64,000 nucleotides of DNA from NCBI GenBank assembly GCA_910577845.1, contig CAJTNA010000001.1:157329-221328 (forward strand), written 5' to 3'. The translations under genes and the position numbers were made by a program. The notes under the pieces are model-generated. The model worked only from the letters and a program-made list of their open reading frames with translations, did no database searches and was not told the origin of the DNA. Position 1 is the stretch's first letter. Each line of letters opens with the position of its first letter. Positions 21,152-31,425 of this stretch are shown piece by piece. The DNA is from an uncultured Christensenella sp. Its GTDB lineage: Bacteria > Bacillota > Clostridia > Christensenellales > UBA3700.

Positions 21152-23413
21152 TTATTTTCTATCTTTATAATAATTCATCAAACAACCAGATACAATAATA
21201 TCCTTTTCAGTGTCAGTTAAGCTATCAACTTTCAATATAGTTTCACGCACCTTGTCACCATTAATTACAATAGCCTTAAACTCTTTTGCACCAATTTCAA
21301 TACCTTTCTTAACATCTTTTATGTAAATAATATCATTTATCTCAAAATTATCATTATCACTTATAAATGGTATCATACCCCAGTTTATCAAGTTTGAACG
21401 ATATCTCTTAGTTGCATATTCTCTTGCGATATTACCAGCACCACCTAATACTCTTTGACAGCTTGCAGCTTGCTCTCTCGCACTGCCATCACCTGGTTTT
21501 GTAGCATAGATAATACTTGCTATTGATACACTGCCGTCAACTTTGATTTTAGCTGTTTTTAAAGCCTTTTCATACTCTAATGGCAACTTGTTTTCTTTTC
21601 GTCTTGCAAGTTCGTCAGCGTAGACCTCTTTTGCTCTAGGAACATATTCTGGAACTTTTCTTGATAAAGCAAACTCTGCAAGCTTTAGCGGATTTGACCT
21701 ATAGCTAGAAGTTTCACCAGACGGGATTAGCTCGTCTGTAGTAGTAACTGGGTCATTTATAACTGCTGTCATCTTTAACAAAATGTTATCTGTTAAATGT
21801 ATAACTTCTGGCCAATCTTTAATATTTGGACCATATATCAAATCTTGATTATTAGGCTTAGCAACACCATTATAACATCTATTTTGATAAATACTTGCAT
21901 CATAACAGAATTTAGGGATAGTATTGTCATAATCTAAGTCTAACGCACTAGTCAAAATACCACCATTCATAGCAGTTGTAGCAATACTTCTTGCATCCAT
22001 CAATGCAACTGAGGAAATTTGTCCGTTTGCTGGCTTACTACCCTCTCTGCTCTCAAAGTTTCTTGTAGTATGTCTAATACTCAAAGCATTATTTGCAGGC
22101 ACATCGCCAGCACCAAAGCAAGGTCCACAAAAAGCAGTTTTGATATTTACTCCCGCTTTAACAAGCTTGCTAATTGCACCTTTATTCATTAAATCATAGT
22201 AAATTGGTTGGCTTGATGGATATACACTCATTGTAAACTCATTTTTACCTATATATTTACCATCAATAATGTTACTTGCCTCAACAATGTTATCATATGT
22301 ACCACCAGCACAACCAGCAATAATACCTTGTTGCACTTGAACTTTCCCGTCCTTTGTAATTTTATCTAACAAATTAAATTTAACTTTATTTGCAGAAAGT
22401 AACTTATTGCCATCTTCCTCAACTTTAGCAAAAATATCTTTAGGATTAGCAATAACATCAGCTAAATTATAAACATTGCTTGGGTGGAATGGTAAAGCAA
22501 TTTTTGGCTCAACTTTACTTAAATCCACCTCAACTACGCCATCATACATAGCAAGCTCAGCTGGCTCAAGTTTTGCAAAATCATTAGGTCTGCCGTGTTC
22601 ATAGTAATATTCTTTTACTATGTCGTCAGTTTTCCAAATTGAACTTAAACAAGTAGTTTCTGTAGTCATAACATCTATGCCATTACGATATTCAATAGGT
22701 AAATTATTAATACCACTTCCCACAAATTCCATAATTTTATTTTTAACAAAACCTTGTTTAAACACACTACCAATTATGGAAAGTGCAACGTCTTGAGGTC
22801 CTACACCTTTACGTGGCTTACCAATCAAATTAATAGCTATTACATCTGGATAAGTAATATCATATGTTCTACACAATAATTGCTTAACAAGTTCAGGTCC
22901 GCCCTCGCCAACAGCTATAGTACCTAAGGCACCATATCTAGTATGAGAATCACTACCCAAAATCATTTTACCACAACCAGTCATATTCTCACGCATAAAT
23001 GTATGAATAACTGCTTGGTGAGGTGGCACAAATATACCGCCATATTTTTTTGCTGCTGATAAACCAAATACGTGGTCATCTTCATTGATTGTTCCACCAA
23101 CTGCACATAAAGAGTTGTGGCAATTAGTTAGCACATATGGAATTGGGAATTTTTCCAAACCGCTCGCCTTAGCTGTTTGAATAATACCTACATATGTAAT
23201 ATCGTGAGATGCCATTGCATCAAACTTAATTTGTAGCCCTGCACCTTTGCAAGTTTCCCCACCTATATTGTGATTTTTCAAAATATTATAAGAAATAGTA
23301 CCCTTATAAGCCTCATCAATCATTTTTTCAGTAACACCTTGTGCAACTAAAAAATCACTATCAACAAACTTGCCTTTATATAAGTACTTTTTGCCACTTG
23401 TTAATTTTACCAT
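21152..23413 (-). CDS. Aconitate hydratase
   Basis: 753 aa with aconitase family motifs (GSDSHT, CGPCFG, swivel domain). Fe-S ligand cysteines are present. Confidence 0.85.
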   Translation of the reverse strand: MVKLTSGKKYLYKGKFVDSDFLVAQGVTEKMIDEAYKGTISYNILKNHNIGGETCKGAGLQIKFDAMASHDITYVGIIQTAKASGLEKFPIPYVLTNCHNSLCAVGGTINEDDHVFGLSAAKKYGGIFVPPHQAVIHTFMRENMTGCGKMILGSDSHTRYGALGTIAVGEGGPELVKQLLCRTYDITYPDVIAINLIGKPRKGVGPQDVALSIIGSVFKQGFVKNKIMEFVGSGINNLPIEYRNGIDVMTTETTCLSSIWKTDDIVKEYYYEHGRPNDFAKLEPAELAMYDGVVEVDLSKVEPKIALPFHPSNVYNLADVIANPKDIFAKVEEDGNKLLSANKVKFNLLDKITKDGKVQVQQGIIAGCAGGTYDNIVEASNIIDGKYIGKNEFTMSVYPSSQPIYYDLMNKGAISKLVKAGVNIKTAFCGPCFGAGDVPANNALSIRHTTRNFESREGSKPANGQISSVALMDARSIATTAMNGGILTSALDLDYDNTIPKFCYDASIYQNRCYNGVAKPNNQDLIYGPNIKDWPEVIHLTDNILLKMTAVINDPVTTTDELIPSGETSSYRSNPLKLAEFALSRKVPEYVPRAKEVYADELARRKENKLPLEYEKALKTAKIKVDGSVSIASIIYATKPGDGSAREQAASCQRVLGGAGNIAREYATKRYRSNLINWGMIPFISDNDNFEINDIIYIKDVKKGIEIGAKEFKAIVINGDKVRETILKVDSLTDTEKDIIVSGCLMNYYKDRK

Positions 23414-23780
23414 AATTTACTCCTTTATATTAACAACAAATAATTTACTTTTTGATTTTTCAACTCTGCAAATGCAGTTTTATAAAAATTTTATTTTAAG
23501 ATAAAAACTTAAGCTTACATATATTATTATAAAATAACGCATAATATTTTATTATAATTATAATACTTCTTTTATAATACAATATTTTTTTGATTTTTGC
23601 AAGAGTATTTGTAAAAAATACCTAGTTATTGCAAAAAAAAACACTAAAAAAACTTAATTTTAGAAAATTATTCAGTTTATTATTTATTTAAAATGCTATT
23701 ATTATTTTATATTTAGCTGTAATTCAAAAATTTTTCAAAAATCTATAGTATTTTTATTTAAAATCTGCTATAATACTAAT

Positions 23781-24269
23781 ATGGAAAAAAAGTTTAAAGT
23801 AAAATTGAATAAAAAAGTTGATATGATGCTATACATTGTTATAGCAATTTGTGCAGTTGGTCTAATATGTGACATTGCCTTTATGTCTTTAGCAATAAAA
23901 ATAAAAGCAAAGTATGTTGCTTACATTGTAAGCGGAGTATTGCTTTTACTATTGCTTTTTTATATTGCTATTATGAAATTTGGTAGTTATTATACGATTG
24001 ACGACAATAATTTTGTCACAACTTTATGTTTAATCAAAAAGAAAGTAGAATTTTCTGACATATTAAATATAAGACACGACAAAAATACAAACAAAACTAT
24101 AATGTATTATCACACTTACCCTAAAAATGGTGATAAATTGGTTGCGATGCAATATATCAATGTATCAAGTGGTGATTTAGATACTATTGTTACCACCTTA
24201 AAAGAAAAAAACAATATGATTATTTATGATGTCTTTAATGAGGAAAAAAGCAATGACGAAAATCAATGA
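23781..24269 (+). CDS. Membrane protein (two TM segments plus a small beta-rich domain, bPH-like)
   Basis: Hydrophobic N-terminal hairpin. An extended -10 element (tgcTATAAT) ends 6 nt before the ATG. Confidence 0.5.
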   Translation: MEKKFKVKLNKKVDMMLYIVIAICAVGLICDIAFMSLAIKIKAKYVAYIVSGVLLLLLLFYIAIMKFGSYYTIDDNNFVTTLCLIKKKVEFSDILNIRHDKNTNKTIMYYHTYPKNGDKLVAMQYINVSSGDLDTIVTTLKEKNNMIIYDVFNEEKSNDENQ

Positions 24270-24843
24270 TTTAATAATCGCAAGTAACAATCAAAACAAA
24301 ATTAGAGAAATCAAAGAAATATTAGGTGATTTTTTCACCAACATATATTCACTATCCGATAAAAATATCAATGTTGAAATTGAGGAAACTGGCTTAACTT
24401 TTGAGGAAAATGCAATAATTAAAGCAAAATATATTGCAGAACTAACTGGAATTACTGCACTAAGTGACGATAGCGGACTAGAAGTAAATGCTTTAGATGG
24501 CAAACCAGGTGTTTATTCTGCAAGATACGCTGGTGAAAAAGCTAATACTGAAAATAACAATGCAAAATTATTAAAGGAACTTGAAGGAATTACGGATAGA
24601 CGTGCTAATTTTACAAGTGTAATAGCAATATGCTACCCTAATGGTAAAATAATCACTGCAAGGGGTACTACATATGGCAGAATTTTAGAAAAACTCGAAG
24701 GCAACAACGGCTTTGGCTATGACCCTCTTTTCTTTTCTAATGATTTACAAAAAAGCTTTGGCATAGCAACAAGTGAGGAAAAAAATAAAGTAAGTCATCG
24801 TGGTTTAGCACTACAAAAAATGAAAGAATTACTTAGCAAATAA
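24253..24843 (+). CDS. rdgB: dITP/XTP pyrophosphatase (RdgB/HAM1)
   Basis: SNNQNKIREI, SDDSGLEV, FGYDPLF and SHRG motifs. The start was moved to the ATG at 24253, behind a GAGGA RBS. Confidence 0.9.
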   Translation: MTKINDLIIASNNQNKIREIKEILGDFFTNIYSLSDKNINVEIEETGLTFEENAIIKAKYIAELTGITALSDDSGLEVNALDGKPGVYSARYAGEKANTENNNAKLLKELEGITDRRANFTSVIAICYPNGKIITARGTTYGRILEKLEGNNGFGYDPLFFSNDLQKSFGIATSEEKNKVSHRGLALQKMKELLSK

Positions 24844-25057
24844 ATGAGTTATTATAAATATACCTATTAACCAAATTAACTTAATTAATTTTAAGTTATA
24901 ATTTTGTAAATATTTTCATTTTAATACTAAAAATAAACATATTAATCTCAATTTTAAAATAAATCACATTAGTTTTAAAACTAAAATAATGCAAATATTA
25001 TCATATTTTGATTGAATATCATTTAATACTAAAATATTGTTTTTAAAAAAAATAAAC

Positions 25058-25088
25058 AAATCGCACTTAAAAAGTGCGATTTTATTTT
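25058..25088. terminator. Bidirectional terminator between convergent rdgB and clpX
   Basis: aaatcgcactt-aaa-aagtgcgattt hairpin flanked by an A-run and a T-run. Confidence 0.65.
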
Positions 25089-25294
25089 AGTTCATATTTT
25101 TTATGTCTTTTTAATAATTGAACTACTTATTAATGTAGTAAACTTTTATAATAGTACAATTTATTGTTATTCACTGATTGATATTAATGTCAAATAATTA
25201 ATAAATAAAAGATATATTTTTATTGTTAATTTAAATAAGCTTAAATTTGCAATAGAATATTTTTCAGTCAACCCAGAGATGTTCCACCTAAGAT

Positions 25295-26527
25295 TTATGC
25301 TATATTTTCTGCTTTGATTATTGTTGGAACTGCATTGTTTTCAATACAATCACTATCAATAATAACCTTTTGTATTGTTTTATCTGATGGTATTGAATAC
25401 ATTAAGTCAAGCAAAGTTTTTTCCACAATAGACTTCAAACCTCTTGCACCAGTTTTTAATGCGATAGCCTTTTTAGCAATTGCTTTAATTGCATCATTGG
25501 TAAATTCTAACTCAACATTATCTAAATCGAACATTTTCTTGTATTGTTTTAAGATAGCATTTTTAGGCTCAACCAAAATCTTACTTAAAGCTTCTTCGTC
25601 TAAGCCATTCAAACCTACAACAACTGGTACTCTACCAACAAATTCTGGTATCAAACCGAATTTAACCAAATCGTCTGGACGCAAATCTGCAATCAAATCA
25701 CTGTAGTTCTCGTCAGTTTTGGTAATATCACTACCAAAACCTAAAGAAGAAGTATCCTTTCTTTTATCAATAATCTTATCAAGACCAACAAACGCACCAC
25801 CACAAATAAACAAGATATTTGTAGTATCAATAGGAATTGTCTCTTGTTGTGGGTGTTTTCTGCCACCTTGAGGTGGAACATTAGCAACAGTTGATTCAAT
25901 TATTTTAAGCAAAGCTTGTTGTACGCCCTCGCCAGAAACATCACGAGTTATTGAAACATTTTCACCTTTTCTTGCGATTTTGTCAATCTCGTCAATGTAA
26001 ATTATGCCAACCTCTGCTTTTTTAACATCAAACTCTGCAGCTTGAATAAGTTTTAACAAAATATTTTCAACATCTTCACCAACATAGCCAGCTTCTGTTA
26101 ACGCTGTAGCATCTGCAACTGCAAAAGGAACATTCAAAATATTTGCCAATGTTTTAGCAATTAATGTTTTACCACAACCAGTAGGTCCTAACACTAATAC
26201 ATTGCTCTTTTCCAAACAAACATCACTTTTTTTATTGTTGGCAATTCTTTTGTAATGATTATAAACCGCAACAGACAAAACTTTCTTGGCAGTCTCTTGA
26301 CCTACAATATACTCGTCAAGTCTGCTTTTTATTTCTTGTGGTGTCAACAAATTAAATATAGCTTTTTCCTCTTGTGTAGAATTAGCCGTTCTTTTTTGAA
26401 AAACATCCTCACAATTTTGCACACAGCTATGACAAATAAACACACCATCGGGTGCAGAAACCATTTCACCGACAACACTTTCTGGTTGTCCGCAAAAAGA
26501 GCATCTACATTCAAACTCTTTAATCAT
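25295..26527 (-). CDS. clpX: ATP-dependent Clp protease ATP-binding subunit ClpX
   Basis: N-terminal zinc finger CSFCG...CHSC, Walker A GPTGCGKT and the IGF-like loop region. Confidence 0.97.
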   Translation of the reverse strand: MIKEFECRCSFCGQPESVVGEMVSAPDGVFICHSCVQNCEDVFQKRTANSTQEEKAIFNLLTPQEIKSRLDEYIVGQETAKKVLSVAVYNHYKRIANNKKSDVCLEKSNVLVLGPTGCGKTLIAKTLANILNVPFAVADATALTEAGYVGEDVENILLKLIQAAEFDVKKAEVGIIYIDEIDKIARKGENVSITRDVSGEGVQQALLKIIESTVANVPPQGGRKHPQQETIPIDTTNILFICGGAFVGLDKIIDKRKDTSSLGFGSDITKTDENYSDLIADLRPDDLVKFGLIPEFVGRVPVVVGLNGLDEEALSKILVEPKNAILKQYKKMFDLDNVELEFTNDAIKAIAKKAIALKTGARGLKSIVEKTLLDLMYSIPSDKTIQKVIIDSDCIENNAVPTIIKAENIA

Positions 26528-26539
26528 AAACCTCCTAAA

Positions 26540-27124
26540 TCAAGCCCTTTTCTCATAAATTTTGTCAATTAAACCATATTCCAAGGCTTGCTCTGCACTC
26601 ATAAAATTATCTCTGTCAGTATCGTGAACTATTGTTTGATAGTCTTTTCCTGTGTTCTTTGCAAGTATTTTGTTCAATTTTTCCTTTATTTTCAAAATTT
26701 GTTCTGCGTGTATAGCAATATCAGTTGCTTGACCTTGTGCCCCTCCAAGTGGTTGGTGAATCATAATTTCTGAGTTAGGTAATGAAAATCTCTTTCCTTT
26801 AGTACCTGAGCTTAGCAAAAACGCACCCATTGATGCAGCAAGACCAATACAAATTGTGCAAACATCACATTTGATATAATTCATTGTATCATAAATTGCC
26901 ATACCAGCAGAAACACTGCCACCTGGGCTGTTAATATAAATGTTTATATCTTTTTTTGCATCTTTACCCTCTAAATAGATTAATTGAGCAACAACAATAT
27001 CAGCAGTTGCATCATTAATTTCACCTGTAATAAAAATTATTCTATCCTCAAGCAGTCTTGAATAAATATCGTAAGACCTTTCTCCTCTGTCAGTTTGTTC
27101 CATAACCATAGGTACTAAATTCAT
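26540..27124 (-). CDS. clpP: ATP-dependent Clp protease proteolytic subunit
   Basis: [26 protein letters not shown]-terminus, with the Ser/His/Asp triad context (GLAASMG, MIHQP). The start at 27124 follows an AGGAGG RBS. Confidence 0.97.
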   Translation of the reverse strand: MNLVPMVMEQTDRGERSYDIYSRLLEDRIIFITGEINDATADIVVAQLIYLEGKDAKKDINIYINSPGGSVSAGMAIYDTMNYIKCDVCTICIGLAASMGAFLLSSGTKGKRFSLPNSEIMIHQPLGGAQGQATDIAIHAEQILKIKEKLNKILAKNTGKDYQTIVHDTDRDNFMSAEQALEYGLIDKIYEKRA

Positions 27125-27179
27125 ACAAAACCTCCTATACCTCAAAACATATGTGAAAAATTAAAATTTAAGCAAATTA

Positions 27180-28466
27180 TTAAGCAAATTTATTATTAGC
27201 CATTAAGAAATCAATCATTTTATTCATTATAATATCATTCTCAATATAACTTGCTTGTTCTGGATGCATTGTCTTCTTGAACTCGTCAACAGTTTTATTA
27301 GCACCCTTAGCAAAATCTGCAATTTTAGCATCGATTTCAGCTTGCTCAGCCTTAATATTCTCTGCCTTAATGATTGCACCAAAAATAAGTCTCATTTTAA
27401 CTTGCTTTTGAGCCTCAGCATTGTATCTCAATCTCAATTCATCTCTTGAAGAGTTTGTATATTTATAGTAATCTTCAACTTTCATACCTTGATATGCTAT
27501 TCTGTACTCAAACTCTTGAATCATATCTTCAATTTGCTCTTCAATCATAGCATCAGGTATTTTGATTTCAGTATTTTCTGCAATTTTATCAAGCAAAGCA
27601 TTTTCCATATCACGCTTAGCTTTTTCTTCTGCAGTCTTTACAAGTTTTGCCTTAACATCAGCTTTATATTCATCTAAAGTATCAAATTCACTTACATCTT
27701 TAGCGAAATCGTCATTTAATTCTGGCAAAACTTTCTTTTTAATCTCGTGCAACTTAACTGCAAATACGGCATCTTTACCAGCTAAATCCTCAGCACCATA
27801 TCCTTCTGGGAATTTAACATTGATATCTCTTTCCTCACCAATTGCCATACCCTCAACTTGTTCCTCAAATCCAGGGATAAACATACCAGAGCCTAATTCT
27901 AAGTTTTGTTTTTCAGCTGTACCACCCTCAAATTTAACGCCATTAACACTACCAGAGTAATCAATAATAACGCTATCAAATTTTTGACAAGCTCTATCAG
28001 TAACATTTTCCCAAGCACCAGCTTTATCTTGAGCTTTTGTAATTTCAGCATCTACCATTTCATCAGTTACTTCTACATTTATTTTATCCAATGTCAAGCC
28101 TTTATACTCACCCAAAGTAAATTCTGGTGTTACAGTAATAGTAAATGCAACTTTAAGCTCAGTATCAGAGATAGCAACAATATCCACATTTGGTCTTGCA
28201 ACTGGCTTCAAATCAGCCTCTTTTGTTAGCAATTCAGTATATAAATCTTGCAAAATAATGTCTAATGCATCATCAAAAAATACGCCAATACCATACATTC
28301 TTGTGATAACAGACATTGGAGCTTTACCTTTACGAAAACCTTCAATATTAAACTTATGTTTAGTCTTATTATATGCCTCTTTAATAGCATTTTGCCAAGC
28401 ACTGCTATCAGCTTCAACTACATATTTAATTTCGCTATTTTCTAAAATCTCTTTGTTGTAATTCAT
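27180..28466 (-). CDS. tig: Trigger factor
   Basis: GFRKGKAP ribosome-binding motif and an FKBP-type PPIase domain. The tig-clpP-clpX order is conserved. Confidence 0.95.
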   Translation of the reverse strand: MNYNKEILENSEIKYVVEADSSAWQNAIKEAYNKTKHKFNIEGFRKGKAPMSVITRMYGIGVFFDDALDIILQDLYTELLTKEADLKPVARPNVDIVAISDTELKVAFTITVTPEFTLGEYKGLTLDKINVEVTDEMVDAEITKAQDKAGAWENVTDRACQKFDSVIIDYSGSVNGVKFEGGTAEKQNLELGSGMFIPGFEEQVEGMAIGEERDINVKFPEGYGAEDLAGKDAVFAVKLHEIKKKVLPELNDDFAKDVSEFDTLDEYKADVKAKLVKTAEEKAKRDMENALLDKIAENTEIKIPDAMIEEQIEDMIQEFEYRIAYQGMKVEDYYKYTNSSRDELRLRYNAEAQKQVKMRLIFGAIIKAENIKAEQAEIDAKIADFAKGANKTVDEFKKTMHPEQASYIENDIIMNKMIDFLMANNKFA

Positions 28467-28556
28467 TTCAAACTTCTCCTAAAATTTTCTACTAGCATAT
28501 ATATTAACATACTTTATCTTAAATTGCAATAATTTATTACGATTTTGCAAAAATTA

Positions 28557-28585
28557 TTGATATTTATTAAAAAATAAGGTATAAT
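28557..28585 (+). promoter_or_regulatory. Sigma-A type promoter of rqcH
   Basis: TTGATA, 17-nt spacer, TATAAT. Confidence 0.55.
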
Positions 28586-28603
28586 ACCCAAAAGGGGTGT
28601 TAT

Positions 28604-30322
28604 ATGCCAAACGATTTAGTTACACTAAAAGCCTTAAGTGCGGAACTCAATGCCACACTTGCTGGCGGAAAAATTGAAAAAATTTATCAACCCGAAAAGG
28701 ATGAAATAACCTTATCAATTCGTGCATTCGGACAAAAATATAACCTTGTAGTATCAGCAAACGCTCAAAATCCAAGGATACATTTGACATCAGTTAAAAA
28801 GGAAAATCCAATAACCGCACCATCTTTTTGTATGCATTTGAGAAAATATCTTACAAGCAGTATTATTGAAAATATTGACATTCTAGGTGAAGATAGAATC
28901 ATAAACATAACTATTATATCAAAAACAGAGTTAAAAGATACTATAAAATTACACCTAATTGCAGAAATGATGGGTAGATATTCTAACATTTTGCTATTAA
29001 ACGACAAAATGATAATATCAGACGCAATCAAACAAGCCTCATTTGACGCCGCAACAAAAAGGTGCGTATTGCCGTCTTGTCAATACAAGTTACCTGAACA
29101 ATCAAAATTACAACCAAGTGATAAAGACGGAATTATAAACTACTTGAATAGCTATAATGGTGGTGGGCTTGCAAAATTTATTTGTAATGGTATAGGCGGA
29201 ATAAGCCTTATGACTGCTGAAGAAATAATATGTCATAGCAAAATAGACGAAAGTAAATATCCACTTGACGTGGAAAATCTAACTAATAGTATAGATACTT
29301 TTTTTAATATTTTCACAAGCGAATTGTACTCACCTTGTTGCAGTATTGACAAAGACGATAACTGCCTTGATTATTTTGTAACAAGCTATAAAAGTCAGCA
29401 GTTATATTATAAAAAATTTGACAACTTATCCTATGCAATTCAAGCATTAACGCTAAAAAAAGACCAAGACGAAAGGCATAGAGAAAAATCAAAACATCTT
29501 ATAAATGCGATAAAAAAATATCGTAGTCGTAATCAGAAAAAATTGCAAAAAGCCAAAGAAAAATTAACTGAATGCGACAAAATGAATGATTATAAAAAGT
29601 ATGGAGAACTAATCACGTCTAACTTATACAAGGTTAAAAAAGGCGATACTATTCTACAATGTGTAGATTATTATGACCCAGAAATGAAAACTATTGAGAT
29701 AGAGTTAAATCCTCAATACTCGCCATCAAAAATCGCACAAGACTATTTTAAAAAGTACAACAAGTTAAAACGCACTCTTGATATTATCATATCACAAATT
29801 AAAGAAACTGAGGAAGATTTAAAATATATTGACACAATAGAACAAACCATAAATAATTGCAATCTAACAGCTGACTTATTTCAAATTGAACAAGAATTGT
29901 TTGCTATAGGTGCAATTAAAAAAATGAAAACAAAAATGGCTAAGTCTGCAAAGGAAGGCAGTCCAATCATTTATGAGTACAAAGGATATATTATTGCAGT
30001 CGGCAAAAATAATTATCAAAATGACAAACTTACATTTAAAACTGCCAATGGTGGTGACATTTGGTTGCACGCTTTAGATTATCACGGCTCACACGTAGTT
30101 ATTTTTACAGACGGCACTACCCCTCAAGACGATGTGATAACCTTCGCAGGAGAGCTATCTGCATTTTACTCTAACGGAACGGGTTCAGATAAAGTGCCAG
30201 TTGATTATACTATGAAAAAATTCGTCAAAAGAAATCCTAACGGCAAGTTAGGTATGGTAACCTATACAAATCAAAAAACTGCTTATGTAAAACCGCTTGA
30301 ACATTCAGAGTATAAAAAGTAA
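28604..30322 (+). CDS. rqcH: NFACT-family ribosome quality control protein RqcH (FbpA/fibronectin-binding protein A class)
   Basis: 572 aa with an N-terminal NFACT-N domain, a coiled-coil middle section and a C-terminal NFACT-R/DUF814 domain (GGDIWLHALDYHGSHVV). Confidence 0.85.
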   Translation: MPNDLVTLKALSAELNATLAGGKIEKIYQPEKDEITLSIRAFGQKYNLVVSANAQNPRIHLTSVKKENPITAPSFCMHLRKYLTSSIIENIDILGEDRIINITIISKTELKDTIKLHLIAEMMGRYSNILLLNDKMIISDAIKQASFDAATKRCVLPSCQYKLPEQSKLQPSDKDGIINYLNSYNGGGLAKFICNGIGGISLMTAEEIICHSKIDESKYPLDVENLTNSIDTFFNIFTSELYSPCCSIDKDDNCLDYFVTSYKSQQLYYKKFDNLSYAIQALTLKKDQDERHREKSKHLINAIKKYRSRNQKKLQKAKEKLTECDKMNDYKKYGELITSNLYKVKKGDTILQCVDYYDPEMKTIEIELNPQYSPSKIAQDYFKKYNKLKRTLDIIISQIKETEEDLKYIDTIEQTINNCNLTADLFQIEQELFAIGAIKKMKTKMAKSAKEGSPIIYEYKGYIIAVGKNNYQNDKLTFKTANGGDIWLHALDYHGSHVVIFTDGTTPQDDVITFAGELSAFYSNGTGSDKVPVDYTMKKFVKRNPNGKLGMVTYTNQKTAYVKPLEHSEYKK

Positions 30323-30408
30323 AAAGATAATAAAATAAATATAACAAGCACTTTAATAAGGTATTTATAAAAAAAACAAAAAAAATGCATAAAAGTTAAT
30401 AAAAATCA

Positions 30409-30437
30409 TTGACAAACTAATATTTATTTGATATACT
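30409..30437 (+). promoter_or_regulatory. Promoter of tRNA-Ser(UGA)
   Basis: TTGACA, 17-nt spacer, TATACT, ending 13 nt before the tRNA 5' end. Confidence 0.7.
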
Positions 30438-30450
30438 ACAATAGCGTTAA

Positions 30451-30539
30451 GGAAAGTTGGCCGAGCGGTTTAAGGCGCTAGTCTTGAAAACTAGTGATGG
30501 GTAACACCACCTGGGGTTCGAATCCCTAACTTTCCGCCA
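30451..30539 (+). tRNA. tRNA-Ser (anticodon UGA), CCA encoded
   Basis: Hand-folded cloverleaf: acceptor ggaaagt/actttcc, anticodon stem ctagt/actag with loop cuUGAaa, a long variable arm and the T-loop ttcgaat. Confidence 0.9.
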
Positions 30540-30544
30540 CCTAA

Positions 30545-30584
30545 AACCTAAATCGAACATCTCGTTTGGTTTAGGTTATTTTTT
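30545..30584 (+). terminator. Terminator after tRNA-Ser
   Basis: Stem aacctaaa...tttaggtt followed by atttttt. Confidence 0.7.
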
Positions 30585-30605
30585 AATATTAAGGAGAAAG
30601 TGAAA

Positions 30606-30827
30606 ATGCAAATGAAGTTTAATGATTTAATTAAAACTGCTTTTATTGAATATATTAAAAGCCATAATGAGTTTGAAGGTAAAATTACTGAATTTTCTAA
30701 TCATATTATTGAAGCTGGTGAGGTATTTTATAGTTTACCAGAAAGCATACAAAATGATTTGTTAAAATTTATTTTAAGCGATTTGGCACTTAGTGGTATT
30801 AAAGTTGCAATACCATTAAATAATTAA
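30606..30827 (+). CDS. Hypothetical small protein (73 aa)
   Basis: ORF behind an AAGGAG RBS with 8-nt spacing. No recognisable motif. Confidence 0.45.
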   Translation: MQMKFNDLIKTAFIEYIKSHNEFEGKITEFSNHIIEAGEVFYSLPESIQNDLLKFILSDLALSGIKVAIPLNN

Positions 30828-30906
30828 TTTCTTAACATTCATCTCGCAAAAGGCTACCCGCTGGAATTGCGGTGTGTTAGGCTGTTACTGCTAAAGGCAA
30901 ACAAAC

Positions 30907-30932
30907 CCCGACTGACTATCAGTCGGGTTATT
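30907..30932 (+). terminator. GC-rich hairpin, possible terminator of the small ORF
   Basis: Perfect 8-bp stem cccgactg-actat-cagtcggg followed by a weak U tract (ttattg). Confidence 0.4.
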
Positions 30933-31154
30933 GCATTGCCATTATTTGTCTACTAACTCACCAAAAGAATTGTTTCAATAAATTGTATTATAAATTACTA
31001 AAAATAAATTAAGTGTAATTTATAGAATATATTTTTTAGACAATATACTTACAATAACTTAGCAACTTATATTACCTTAGTAAGATAGAAATGTTTGACT
31101 ATTTTAAATATTGCTACTTTTTAGATTTTAATTTAAAAAGTTATTATAAAATTA

Positions 31155-31183
31155 TTGCATTTAAAATATTAATATGTTATACT
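31155..31183 (+). promoter_or_regulatory. Strong extended -10 promoter
   Basis: TTGCAT, 17-nt spacer, tgtTATACT. The predicted TSS is near 31190, the first base of the left inverted repeat. Confidence 0.65.
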
Positions 31184-31189
31184 AACTAT

Positions 31190-31356
31190 GCCAAACAAGT
31201 TATATGCCCTAATTAGGAGTGCGGGCTTTTTTTAATTATTTTAAATTATTCGAATGGGTATATCCTGTTTTAAAAACGTTCATATTATGAATTTGGTAAA
31301 AAGCAAATTCCAATATGTGGACGTTTTTACCCGCACTGCATATATACTTGTTTGGC
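31190..31356 (+). ncRNA. Unclassified element bounded by inverted repeats (structured leader/sRNA or invertible DNA segment)
   Basis: 31190-31207 pairs with 31338-31356 (18 bp, one bulge). 31218-31225 pairs with 31330-31337 (8 bp). An internal imperfect hairpin spans 31272-31328. No known riboswitch consensus was recognised. Confidence 0.5.
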
Positions 31357-31380
31357 GACAGTCGGAGTTTGCGTTTTTCG

Positions 31381-31408
31381 TGCGTTGACTTCGGTTGACG
31401 CATTTTTT
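31381..31408 (+). terminator. Intrinsic terminator between the structured element and the lipoprotein ORF
   Basis: 9-bp stem tgcgttgac-ttcg-gttgacgca (includes two G-U pairs) with a UUCG loop, followed by ttttttatttt. It lies 18 nt before the GGAGG RBS. Confidence 0.7.
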
Positions 31409-31425
31409 ATTTTACGGAGGTTTAT

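Noticed and set aside
27562-27960. Antisense or nested ORFs of 60-170 aa inside well-supported genes, for example 124-345, 25314-25706, 27562-27960, 47038-47382, 54000-54518 and 12892-13323.
   Set aside because: These are shadow ORFs opposite confidently identified genes. They have a low-complexity S/L/I/F-rich composition and no RBS.
30841-30856. Shared motif ctcgcaa(a)aggct downstream of both tRNA-Ser(UGA) (30844) and tRNA-Thr (53742), as a possible common att or element end.
   Set aside because: Only about 12 nt match, with an indel, and no flanking similarity could be extended.
31190-31356. Assigning the inverted-repeat-bounded RNA as 6S RNA (paired termini, about 170-215 nt, own promoter).
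   Set aside because: The internal loop is very asymmetric, about 46 nt on the 5' side against about 1 nt on the 3' side. 6S RNA has a two-sided central bubble. I cannot verify conserved 6S features by eye, so this stays an untested possibility inside the finding.
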